DNA from: Citrobacter portucalensis
Lineage (GTDB): Bacteria; Pseudomonadota; Gammaproteobacteria; Enterobacterales; Enterobacteriaceae
Direction of reading: 5' to 3'
Assembly (NCBI RefSeq): GCF_002042885.1
Contig: NZ_MVFY01000002.1
Coordinates: forward strand, 478,995-510,994
DNA length: 32,000 nt
This document shows, piece by piece, positions 18,929 through 26,813 of the stretch; position 1 is the first letter of the stretch, and the number at the start of each line of letters is the position of its first letter. Made by a program: the position numbers and the translations under genes. The notes under the pieces were generated by a model that made no database searches, had not been told where the DNA came from, and saw only the letters and a list, made by a program, of their open reading frames with translations.

Positions 18929-18947
18929 GGCGTGGCGGGGAGAGCAT
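18929..18947. other. cos-like site (P2/P4 type)
   Basis: GGCGTGGCGGGGAGAGCAT, 16/19 identical to recalled P2/P4 cos 19-mer GGCGAGGCGGGGAAAGCAC; located just after psu as in P4. Confidence 0.75.
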
Positions 18948-19221
18948 TGCGCGCAAGAACTACAAAGTGTGTGTTTATTTTGGCAGTAAAATACAATGCT
19001 ATACAGTACTGATTCTTTGGGGGTTGTGATAATGAGAACCTCATTAACCTTATGAAGATACTAGGATGCAGGTTTTGGCATAAAGCAAATATTTACGGAG
19101 GGAAACGTAATAAGTAAAATTAGTTATGCGTGTAGATGTTAGATTGGATTAACGCATTGTAATATATAGAATTATTAAAGTGGAATTGTCTTTGCTTTTA
19201 AAGTTTTAAATATGCGGATTT

Positions 19222-19254
19222 ACGCCTCCGAATGTAAAAATATCTTGGAGGCGT
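19222..19254 (-). terminator. Inverted repeat downstream of the RT cassette, possible terminator or RNA element
   Basis: ACGCCTCC (19222-19229) / GGAGGCGT (19247-19254), 17-nt loop; weak T-tract. Confidence 0.35.
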
Positions 19255-19271
19255 GTTTTGTATATTAATAA

Positions 19272-20009
19272 TTACCGCTGAAACTCCGTGTCTATGAAGT
19301 TTTCATCAGTTATGGCCGTCATTATCTGGAAAAACATTTCTTCTGGCTGGATGAATGCTAGTTCACGGCATAGGATTGTTATGTCATCATTGTAAACTAT
19401 TCCCATTCTAGGATTGAATAATTCAAACTTTTGGAGAGGGCGTTTTTCTCTGGAGTAGAAGTTAAGTGTAAAATAGATTAGTAATTGTCTTAAATCATAT
19501 ACACTAAATTTCCTATCGCCAGATTTTATTTCTACAAGTGTATTTGGGTAGTAAATGTCTCCGTATGAGTTATTGATTATCCCACAACCTGAAAATAAAG
19601 GTGAGGAGATGGTTTGGTATATGCGATACCTATTTAATATATTCCACGCTATACTTTTAATGCTGTTATATTCGGGAACTGATAAAGGTAATTCAAAATT
19701 AGAACCGTAGCTAAATTTTCTTAATTCAAGCTCTGTTTTCTCTATAACTCTCGAGAATTCTGGGGCGTAAAAAAGATCATTCGACAAAAGTAATTGCTCG
19801 CTAATAATATTGTTATGTATTGCAACATACAGATTAAAACCACACTCATTAACAAAAACATTATTTTCCTTTTTCCCATTTTCATCAAGGGGGGGATAAA
19901 CATCATCAATCAAACTACCGTTAACTATTCTTATGAAATTATTGGCGTTTGGAAGAAGTTGATTCCAATATGAAGTGAATTTTCTTGAAAAAGTCAATTC
20001 AGAAATCAT
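19272..20009 (-). CDS. RT-associated PD-(D/E)XK nuclease-like protein
   Basis: 245 aa; GDIYYPNTLVEIKSGDRKFSVYDLRQLLIYF (D151, E160-x-K162, then QL..Y helix; motif at about 19524-19559). ATG overlaps RT stop by 4 bp with GGAGG upstream. Confidence 0.75.
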   Translation of the reverse strand: MISELTFSRKFTSYWNQLLPNANNFIRIVNGSLIDDVYPPLDENGKKENNVFVNECGFNLYVAIHNNIISEQLLLSNDLFYAPEFSRVIEKTELELRKFSYGSNFELPLSVPEYNSIKSIAWNILNRYRIYQTISSPLFSGCGIINNSYGDIYYPNTLVEIKSGDRKFSVYDLRQLLIYFTLNFYSREKRPLQKFELFNPRMGIVYNDDITILCRELAFIQPEEMFFQIMTAITDENFIDTEFQR

Positions 20010-21634
20010 AAAGCATCCTCCAGATTACGTGATGTTTGTCTGTAACTAGCCCAATCTCTGTATATTACTTCAATGAAGTTAAAGGTTGCTTTATTGTGGT
20101 CTCTCCAGTGCCTCCCTTCGTCACCGAGTAAGAAACTGGAGATTATCAATAATCTGCGTTGCAAAGGATGTAATCCAGCAAAGTTTTTCTTTATGTCTGA
20201 GAGCCAAGGAATTACTCTTAGCTTTGCCATTGATTGAGTTACAGTATTTTTTATCAATTGACTTTCTGGGTTTTTTTTATAAATCTCAGTAAGTATAAGT
20301 ACTGATTTTTCACTATTTTCTTTAGATAGCATTCTGGCGACATAAGCAATGTTTAACTCTGCTTTGAGAATGTAAGATTCATCTCTAATTAATTGAATTA
20401 TTTTATCCAGGATAATATTTTTTGTGGTGGTGTCAATTTTTTGCCAATTAGCAGATGCTACTTGCATTATTGTGGTGAATATTGGATATAGTTCATTTAA
20501 ATTATTGAACATAACTTTAAATGCACTTGAAATAGTTTCATTCGATGTTACGGAAAATGCTTTAATCAAATGCTTGCTAAATGATTGATTTATTTTTGAT
20601 TTTTGTAGTTCGCTATTGAGCATGGCTAAGAGATCAAAATCTTTTAGAGCCTCTTTAATTTCTTCATACTCCTCAACTGCATTTGCTGAATAAGGGTCAA
20701 ATCTGATAGGTAAGCTCATGAATTTTGCTTTCATAGGGGCTTCTTCATCTTCCTCGCTTCCATGTAATTTTGCTTTAGTTACAGATAAAAATTCTTCTTT
20801 TGAGACAATGTTGGTTTTATGTTTTTGCAACGTCAGACCTTCATTCTCCATTAATTTTTTGCTGATAAAGGTTAATATGTTATGAGCTTCCTCTTTAGAT
20901 TGGCAAAAAATAATGAAGTCATCAACATACCGTTTATAGCTTATTTGATTCATTGAGAGTAACTGGTCAATGGAGTCTAAGGCAAGTTCAGCAAGTATTC
21001 TAGATGCAGGGCATCCTACTGGTACACCATATGATTTTGTTTCAGTGAATAATTGTAGCAGTTTTTTTATTTTATATGAGTATTCCCTTTGCGGATCAAT
21101 GCGATCTAAGGCGTTCTCTAATCGGTGATGATATATCCTTGGATAGAAATCAGCAATATCACAAGTAAGTATATACTTGATACTATCATCTTGACATTTA
21201 GTTATGCTGTCCTCCTGATATTTTCGCCATGATATTCCTTTATCAAAAAGAGTTCCTTCATCTAAGTTAGGAGAAAATCTATATGAGTACACTTTATCTG
21301 AGTTCGCTCTTCTGTCTTCAATATCTTTAGATAAACGTATGACAAGCCCTAAGAAAAAAGCGTTCCAGTATGGATCTATTTGAGTTGCCCATCGATAACC
21401 ATAATAGCCTACACTTGAAAAACTGTTAATTAGAGTCGGCTGATAATCAACTTTATGTTGTTCGAAGTTTTCGAATGTATCCATTAAAGCATCAATGACT
21501 ATGTCTTTTTTGTCCTCGAATAAACGACTCTCGAAAGGATATGGGAAAATATCAGTATCACCATGTTTAATGATGTTTAATAAAGCCAAATTAAAACAGT
21601 CTTCTAACTTATTATTATTAAATACGTTAGGCAT
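20006..21634 (-). CDS. Reverse transcriptase of the defence-associated/unknown-group (Abi-like) type
   Basis: 542 aa; TCDIADFYPRIYHHRLENAL (motif A), GVPVGCPASRILAELAL (motif B), YKRYVDDFIIF (YVDD at about 20917-20931), LTLQKHKTNI; helical C-terminal extension of about 200 aa. Confidence 0.92.
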   Translation of the reverse strand: MPNVFNNNKLEDCFNLALLNIIKHGDTDIFPYPFESRLFEDKKDIVIDALMDTFENFEQHKVDYQPTLINSFSSVGYYGYRWATQIDPYWNAFFLGLVIRLSKDIEDRRANSDKVYSYRFSPNLDEGTLFDKGISWRKYQEDSITKCQDDSIKYILTCDIADFYPRIYHHRLENALDRIDPQREYSYKIKKLLQLFTETKSYGVPVGCPASRILAELALDSIDQLLSMNQISYKRYVDDFIIFCQSKEEAHNILTFISKKLMENEGLTLQKHKTNIVSKEEFLSVTKAKLHGSEEDEEAPMKAKFMSLPIRFDPYSANAVEEYEEIKEALKDFDLLAMLNSELQKSKINQSFSKHLIKAFSVTSNETISSAFKVMFNNLNELYPIFTTIMQVASANWQKIDTTTKNIILDKIIQLIRDESYILKAELNIAYVARMLSKENSEKSVLILTEIYKKNPESQLIKNTVTQSMAKLRVIPWLSDIKKNFAGLHPLQRRLLIISSFLLGDEGRHWRDHNKATFNFIEVIYRDWASYRQTSRNLEDAL

Positions 21635-21636
21635 TC

Positions 21637-22836
21637 TTATTTACTCCTAGCTTCTTTGATATATTCTCCCCACCACGTAAGTAGTTGGGTTCTCTGTTCT
21701 AAATAAAGAGCATGATTATATGCTCTCCTAACTTCATTTTTATCCGTATGTGCAAGAGTTGATTCTATTACATCTGCATTGAATCCTTGTTCATTTAACG
21801 TTGTACTTGCGATAGACCTTAAGCCATGTGCAACAAGTTTTCCACCATAACCGATCCGCTTAAGTGCAGCATTAGCCGTCTGGCTATTCATTGCTTGTTT
21901 GGGATCGTTTCTGCTCGGGAAAATATGTTCTCGGTGAGCACTTATAGGTTTCATTATCTCCAAAATATCTAATGCTTGGGATGATAAAGGAACAATATGT
22001 TCACGCTTAGCCTTCATCCTATCGGCTGGAATCGTCCAGAGCTTTGTATCGAGATCGATCTCAGCCCACCGAGCGCCAGAAGCCTCAGAAGGGCGCACAA
22101 CAGTCAGGAGCTGCCACTCAATAAGACAGCGAGTCGGTACAGACAAATTTGACATAATCAAAGAGCGCATGAGCTTCGGCAATTCTTCTGGTCGTAGCGT
22201 CGGCATGTTTTGTTTTTTGGGTTTCTCAAAGGCCATACCAACACCTGATGCCGGATTTGCATCGATTAAGCCAGTGTTCACCGCATAAATCATAACCTCA
22301 TTTACACGCTGTACTAAGCGGCGAACTGTCTCCAGAGCTCCGCGCGCTTTGATTGGCTCCAATGCTTCAACAATCGTTCTGGCCTTTATCTCCTGAACGG
22401 GTATTGCACCGATTGCCGGGAACACGTCCTTATCTAAAGAGCGCCATATATCTTTCGCGTAATCCTCTGTGACGCTTTTGCTTTTCATTTTGAACCAGTT
22501 GGCGGCCACTGTTGAGAAAATGCTATCCAGCTCAATCTGACGTTGCTCTGATGCTTGCTCTTGCTGCTGTTGTGGATCCATCCCCTGCGCGAGCGTAGCC
22601 AAATATTGGTCGCGTATCTGACGAGCTGTTGCGAGTGTAAGGGCAGGATATGAGCCGAGACTCAAATTTGTGCGGCTGCTGCTTCCCGGTCGTTGATAAC
22701 GGAAGCGCCAGAGTTTTTTACCAGTGGTTTTGACGAGCAAGAACAAGCCATCACCATCATGAAGGGTGAAGTCTTTTTCACGGGGTTTGGCTTTAAGGAT
22801 TTCATTGTTAGTGAGGGGGCGTGTGATACGCGCCAT
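21637..22836 (-). CDS. int: P4-family tyrosine integrase
   Basis: MARITRPLTNNEILKAKPREKDFTLHDGDGLFLLVKTTGKKLWRFRY N-terminus; catalytic HGLRSIASTTLNE ... HTDKNEVRRAYNHALY C-terminus; next to ssrA. Confidence 0.97.
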   Translation of the reverse strand: MARITRPLTNNEILKAKPREKDFTLHDGDGLFLLVKTTGKKLWRFRYQRPGSSSRTNLSLGSYPALTLATARQIRDQYLATLAQGMDPQQQQEQASEQRQIELDSIFSTVAANWFKMKSKSVTEDYAKDIWRSLDKDVFPAIGAIPVQEIKARTIVEALEPIKARGALETVRRLVQRVNEVMIYAVNTGLIDANPASGVGMAFEKPKKQNMPTLRPEELPKLMRSLIMSNLSVPTRCLIEWQLLTVVRPSEASGARWAEIDLDTKLWTIPADRMKAKREHIVPLSSQALDILEIMKPISAHREHIFPSRNDPKQAMNSQTANAALKRIGYGGKLVAHGLRSIASTTLNEQGFNADVIESTLAHTDKNEVRRAYNHALYLEQRTQLLTWWGEYIKEARSK

Positions 22837-22854
22837 GTCTGGATCCTTTCCATA

Positions 22855-22909
22855 ATTGGTACACGTTTAATGGACCACAGTATAGCGTGTACCTAAACGT
22901 GTACCAATT
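22855..22909. promoter_or_regulatory. Candidate integrase/excisionase arm-type sites and int promoter region, including copy 2 of the 23-bp repeat
   Basis: Perfect 15-bp inverted repeat ATTGGTACACGTTTA (22855-22869)/TAAACGTGTACCAAT (22894-22908); direct repeat 22887-22909 identical to 11922-11944. Confidence 0.7.
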
Positions 22910-22951
22910 TTCTCTGGATTTAGCCGGATGTTCTCGGACAACGACAGACAC

Positions 22952-22984
22952 AAAAAAGCCCGCAGGGCTTGTGCCGTGCGGGCT
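22952..22984 (-). terminator. Terminator downstream of ssrA
   Basis: AGCCCGCA (22957-22964)/TGCGGGCT (22977-22984) with A6 at 22952-22957 giving a T-tract on the minus strand. Confidence 0.8.
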
Positions 22985-23019
22985 TTCTGTACTTCACCGG
23001 ACGTATCCGGATCATGATT

Positions 23020-23383
23020 TGGTGGAGCTGGCGGGAGTTGAACCCGCGTCCGAAATTCCTACATCCTCGGCACTACATGCTTAGTCAGTCTTTACATTCG
23101 CCTGGCACCTGCGGACAGACACGCCACTACCAGACTAGCCTGATTAGTTTTAACGCTTCAACCCCAGGCAGGGCCTCCACGCGATCTCTTTTGGGTTTGA
23201 CCTCTCTTTGATCCCCGTCTTAAGAGCGGAAGCTAGGGAGAGAGGGCTCAGAGCAGGTTATTAAGCTGCTAAAGCGTAGTTTTCGTCGTTTGCGACTATT
23301 TTTTTGCGGCTTTTTACGAGGCCAACCGCCCCTCGGCATGCACCTTGGGTTTCGCGAATCCCGTCGAATCCAGAATCAGCCCC
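23020..23383 (-). ncRNA. ssrA: Transfer-messenger RNA (tmRNA)
   Basis: Minus strand begins GGGGCTGATTCTGGATTCGACGGGATTCGCGAAACCCAAGGTGCATGCCGAGG and ends GGGTTCAACTCCCGCCAGCTCCACCA; 364 nt. Confidence 0.98.
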
Positions 23384-23455
23384 AATGTGTTAGAGCAAGT
23401 ATAACAGACTTGTGACACGCGTGACCAGCCCCCGCAACCCCTAATCCTCAAGGAT

Positions 23456-24646
23456 TTAGCGCTCGCGCAGCGCTTCTTTTGCGCGATTAAACGGTTTGAT
23501 TAAATAGTCGACGATGTTTTTTTCACCTGTTTTTATATCCACTGTGGCAATCATGCCTGGTACGATGGAGAAATGGCGTCCCAGTTTGTTCTGTAAGAAG
23601 TCCTGATGCGTGCGGATAAACACGCGGTAATAGAAGATTTCCGGTTTCACTTTGTCCTGAATGGTGTCCGGAGAGATGGTTTCGACTACGCCTTCCAGAC
23701 CGCCGTAAATGGCGTAGTCATAGGCGGTAATCTTCACCAGCGCCCGTTGTCCAGGATGGATGAAAGCGATATCACGCGGTGACAGTCGGGTTTCTATTAG
23801 TAGATGATCGTCCAGCGGCACAATCTCCATCATCTCGCCGTTGGGCGGGATAACGCCGCCGATGGTGGTGACCTGGATGTTTTTCACAATACCGCGCATC
23901 GGCGCGCGTACGGTCAGGCGGGTGACGGAATCCTCGCGTCCTTTTAAAATCGCCGCCAGCATATCCACTTCGGCGTTGGCCTTTGACAGCGCTTCCCGCG
24001 CCTGCACGAAATATTGTGAGCGCAGGTCGGTGATTTTTAATCCCAGATCGCTTTTTTGTCGTTGCAGGCGCAGCACTTCTACGTGGCTGGCGGCACCGCT
24101 TTTCTCCAGCCGTTGGGTGATGGCCAGTTCTTTATTTACTGAGACCAGTGCATCTTGCAGTTCTGCCATTGAATCCGCAAGCTGCGCGCGGCGGCTTTTA
24201 TACAGGCGAGTTTCGGAGGCGATGAGGTCCGGCCAGGCGCGCAGTGAATCGGGAAAGACCAGCGGCAGATCGTTAACTTCGGCATTAAGCCTTGCGCTGG
24301 AAGCCAATGAGGCGCGATAACGGGCGGCGCTCTCCCCAACATTGGACTCAGAACGGGTGGGGTCGAGGCGGGCGACTATTTGATTGGCCTGCACTTTATC
24401 TCCCTCGCGTACAGTAAGCTCGGCGAGAATGCCGCCATCCAGCGACTGCAAGACTTGCTCTCGCGAGCTGGGGATCACTTTTCCGCTGCCGGTTGAGACT
24501 TCATCCAGCTTGCCGAAATATGCCCAGATACCCAGGACGGCAAACAGCAGCGTGCTGAGCAGAATAATACGGCTGGCCCCGGAAAAACGGTGCTCGCGGC
24601 GGATATCGAGGTCGTCCATGGCGGCATCATGCGGATTGGTTTTCAT
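23456..24646 (-). CDS. HlyD-family periplasmic adaptor of a type I secretion system (BapD-like)
   Basis: VSTGSGKVIPSSREQVLQSLDGGILAELTVREGDKVQANQIVARLDPT lipoyl-like and SPRDIAFIHPGQRALVKITAYDYAIYGGLEG motifs. ATG 24646 preferred over the track's 24691. Confidence 0.92.
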   Translation of the reverse strand: MKTNPHDAAMDDLDIRREHRFSGASRIILLSTLLFAVLGIWAYFGKLDEVSTGSGKVIPSSREQVLQSLDGGILAELTVREGDKVQANQIVARLDPTRSESNVGESAARYRASLASSARLNAEVNDLPLVFPDSLRAWPDLIASETRLYKSRRAQLADSMAELQDALVSVNKELAITQRLEKSGAASHVEVLRLQRQKSDLGLKITDLRSQYFVQAREALSKANAEVDMLAAILKGREDSVTRLTVRAPMRGIVKNIQVTTIGGVIPPNGEMMEIVPLDDHLLIETRLSPRDIAFIHPGQRALVKITAYDYAIYGGLEGVVETISPDTIQDKVKPEIFYYRVFIRTHQDFLQNKLGRHFSIVPGMIATVDIKTGEKNIVDYLIKPFNRAKEALRER

Positions 24647-26813
24647 TTTTCCACTCCCGACCGTGAGTTGGGGCGGGTGCCCGGCTCGCATTTAATGCCT
24701 GCGCTTTCGGGGCATCCATAACCAGTTGGCCTTCTTTTAATACCACCACGCGTTCGACCAGCTCCAGAACCGGTACGCGATGGGTGGCGACAATCAATGT
24801 GCGGTTGCCCAGCCACTGGTTCAGGCGCTGAATAAACTCCCGCTCGGTATGTTCATCCAGCGAGGCGCTGGGTTCGTCGAGCAGCACGATATTGGGCGAT
24901 CGCAGCAGCATTCTTGCCAGCAGGATCGACTGCCGTTGTCCACCGGACAAACCGTTGCCGCCCTCCATAATGGGATGCGCCAGCCCTTTGGCGAGCTGTT
25001 TAACGAAAGCTGCCGCGCCGCTGACCTCCAGCGCTTCGAAGATCTGCGCGTCGCTGGCATGCGGTGCGCCGAGGGTCAGGTTCTCGCGCAGGGTGCCGAA
25101 AAACAGCCGCGCGTTCTGGCTAAGAAAACCGATGTTGCGGCGTAAATCAGCCATATCGATCTGCGCCAGACTCAGGTTGTCGAGCCGGACATCGCCCTGG
25201 ATAATCTCCACACCACCCGCCATGGCCTGCAGCAGGGTTGATTTCCCTGCACCGTTACGCCCGAGGATTGCCACGCGCTCGCCGGGCATGACCTCCAGGC
25301 GCGAGATGCGCAGCGGAACGCGCTGATCGTCGCTGTGGTAGCGAAAGTGTGCGTTCTCAAACAGATAATGGCCGTGAAAAATCTCCTGATGCACCCGGTC
25401 TTCGTCGTACTGCGTTTCGGTGGGAAGCTGCATGATGCTGTCTAACCCCATCTTCGCCGCCTTGACCTGTTGCCAGCGGGCCAGCACGCCGCACAGATTA
25501 GCCATTGGGGCAATCATTCTGGAACCGAGCATCGAAGCGGCCACCACGGCGCCGGTGGTCATCGTGCCTTCAATGACCATCGGCGCGCCGAACATAATGA
25601 TCGCGGCGTAGACCAGGCTTTGTACCGACATGCCCCAGCCAATCAGCCCCTGAGTCAGCCTGCGCGTGCGCAGCCCGGACTCTCCGGTAATGCGGATGTA
25701 GCTGTTCCACTGCTGTAAAAAGCGGTTTTCCGCCTGCATCAGCTTGATGTCTTCCAGCCCCTGAACGCTCTCGACCAGCACCGCGTTGCGCAGGGTGGAT
25801 TCATGGGCAGCCTGGTTGGCGAGCACCGCCAGCTTCTTCTGTAACAGCAAACCTGGCAGGATCATCAGCAGGGCCGCGACGGGCGCTATCCATGCCAGCG
25901 GCGGGGCGATAAAAGCCAGCACCACGATAAACAAAAAGAAAAACGGCAGATCGACAATGGTCGACATGGTCGAGGAGGTGATCATCTCGCGAACCTGTTC
26001 CAGCTCGCGCAGTTGAGAAATGAAGCTCCCCGTCGAGCGGGGGACGGCGCTGTTGCGCAGGCGCAATGCATGGCTGAACACGCGATCGGAAATGCGCATA
26101 TCGGCGCGTTTGCCGAGCAGGTCCATTATGTGGGTACGCGCTTCGCGCAGCAAAAAGCCAAACAGCACCGCCACCAGAACGCCAGTGGAGAGAACATACA
26201 GCGTTGGATAAGACTGGGCGGGGATCACCCGGTCATAAACCTGCATGGAAAAGATAATCCCGGCGAGCGACAGAACGTTAATCAGAAAGGCGGCAATCAT
26301 GACCGGCAGATAAGGACTAATGTCTTTTAACACCAGTTCGCGCATCCAGTCGGGCTTGAAGCGCGAAATATAGCGGTCTACCCGACTGTCCTTCAGCGCC
26401 GACAGCGGGCGCATCGCGGTAATACTCACGATCTCCGGCAGAAGCTCTGCGACCGTGAGCCGGTTACGCTGGCCCTCTTCGGCGATGATAAACACATCCA
26501 GTGCATCTTCGCCGTTGAAATGTTCTATCACCATTAGCTGGCCGTCGCGCAGTTCCGCCACCACCGGCAGACGCCACTGACCGAACACCTGCGTGGCGGT
26601 ATCCAGCGCATGAAATGACAGTCCCGCCTGACGCGCCAGTTGCGACAGGGCCGTTGCCCGGCTTTTTCCCGCAAACCACGGGGCGTTGGCCTGGATTGCG
26701 CCGGGAGAACAGGCCACGCGATAGTGATTGGCAATATGCGTCATCGCCTGCGCCCACTGGCTAAGAGCGTGTTCGCTAATCGCATCTTTTGCATGTGAAT
26801 CGAGGTCGCTCAT
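24627..26813 (-). CDS. Type I secretion permease/ATPase with N-terminal C39-like domain (BapC/LapB-like)
   Basis: Membrane domain plus Walker A LGRNGAGKSTLL, signature GLSGGQRQSILLARM, Walker B VLLDEPSASLD. Confidence 0.95.
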   Translation of the reverse strand: MSDLDSHAKDAISEHALSQWAQAMTHIANHYRVACSPGAIQANAPWFAGKSRATALSQLARQAGLSFHALDTATQVFGQWRLPVVAELRDGQLMVIEHFNGEDALDVFIIAEEGQRNRLTVAELLPEIVSITAMRPLSALKDSRVDRYISRFKPDWMRELVLKDISPYLPVMIAAFLINVLSLAGIIFSMQVYDRVIPAQSYPTLYVLSTGVLVAVLFGFLLREARTHIMDLLGKRADMRISDRVFSHALRLRNSAVPRSTGSFISQLRELEQVREMITSSTMSTIVDLPFFFLFIVVLAFIAPPLAWIAPVAALLMILPGLLLQKKLAVLANQAAHESTLRNAVLVESVQGLEDIKLMQAENRFLQQWNSYIRITGESGLRTRRLTQGLIGWGMSVQSLVYAAIIMFGAPMVIEGTMTTGAVVAASMLGSRMIAPMANLCGVLARWQQVKAAKMGLDSIMQLPTETQYDEDRVHQEIFHGHYLFENAHFRYHSDDQRVPLRISRLEVMPGERVAILGRNGAGKSTLLQAMAGGVEIIQGDVRLDNLSLAQIDMADLRRNIGFLSQNARLFFGTLRENLTLGAPHASDAQIFEALEVSGAAAFVKQLAKGLAHPIMEGGNGLSGGQRQSILLARMLLRSPNIVLLDEPSASLDEHTEREFIQRLNQWLGNRTLIVATHRVPVLELVERVVVLKEGQLVMDAPKAQALNASRAPAPTHGREWKNENQSA

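Larger units (their letters stand above)
11844..23017. mobile_element. P4-like phage satellite integrated at the 3' end of ssrA (about 11.2 kb)
   Basis: int near ssrA; alpha-type primase-helicase, Cnr-like, Icd-like, AlpA, Sid, Delta/Ogr and Psu genes in P4-like order; cos-like site; iteron clusters; shared 23-bp repeat at both ends. Left boundary inferred. Confidence 0.85.

Noticed and set aside
18808-19029. 73-aa plus-strand ORF across the cos-like site
   Set aside because: Spans cos and low-complexity sequence with no clear domain; probably fortuitous.
20006-21634. Retron interpretation of the RT
   Set aside because: Only 2 nt separate the int stop from the RT start, leaving no room for an upstream msr-msd. 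The long C-terminal helical region is also more typical of Abi/DRT-type RTs.
20006-21634. Group II intron RT interpretation
   Set aside because: No intron domain V/VI-like sequence noticed around the gene and no maturase/HNH C-terminus evident.
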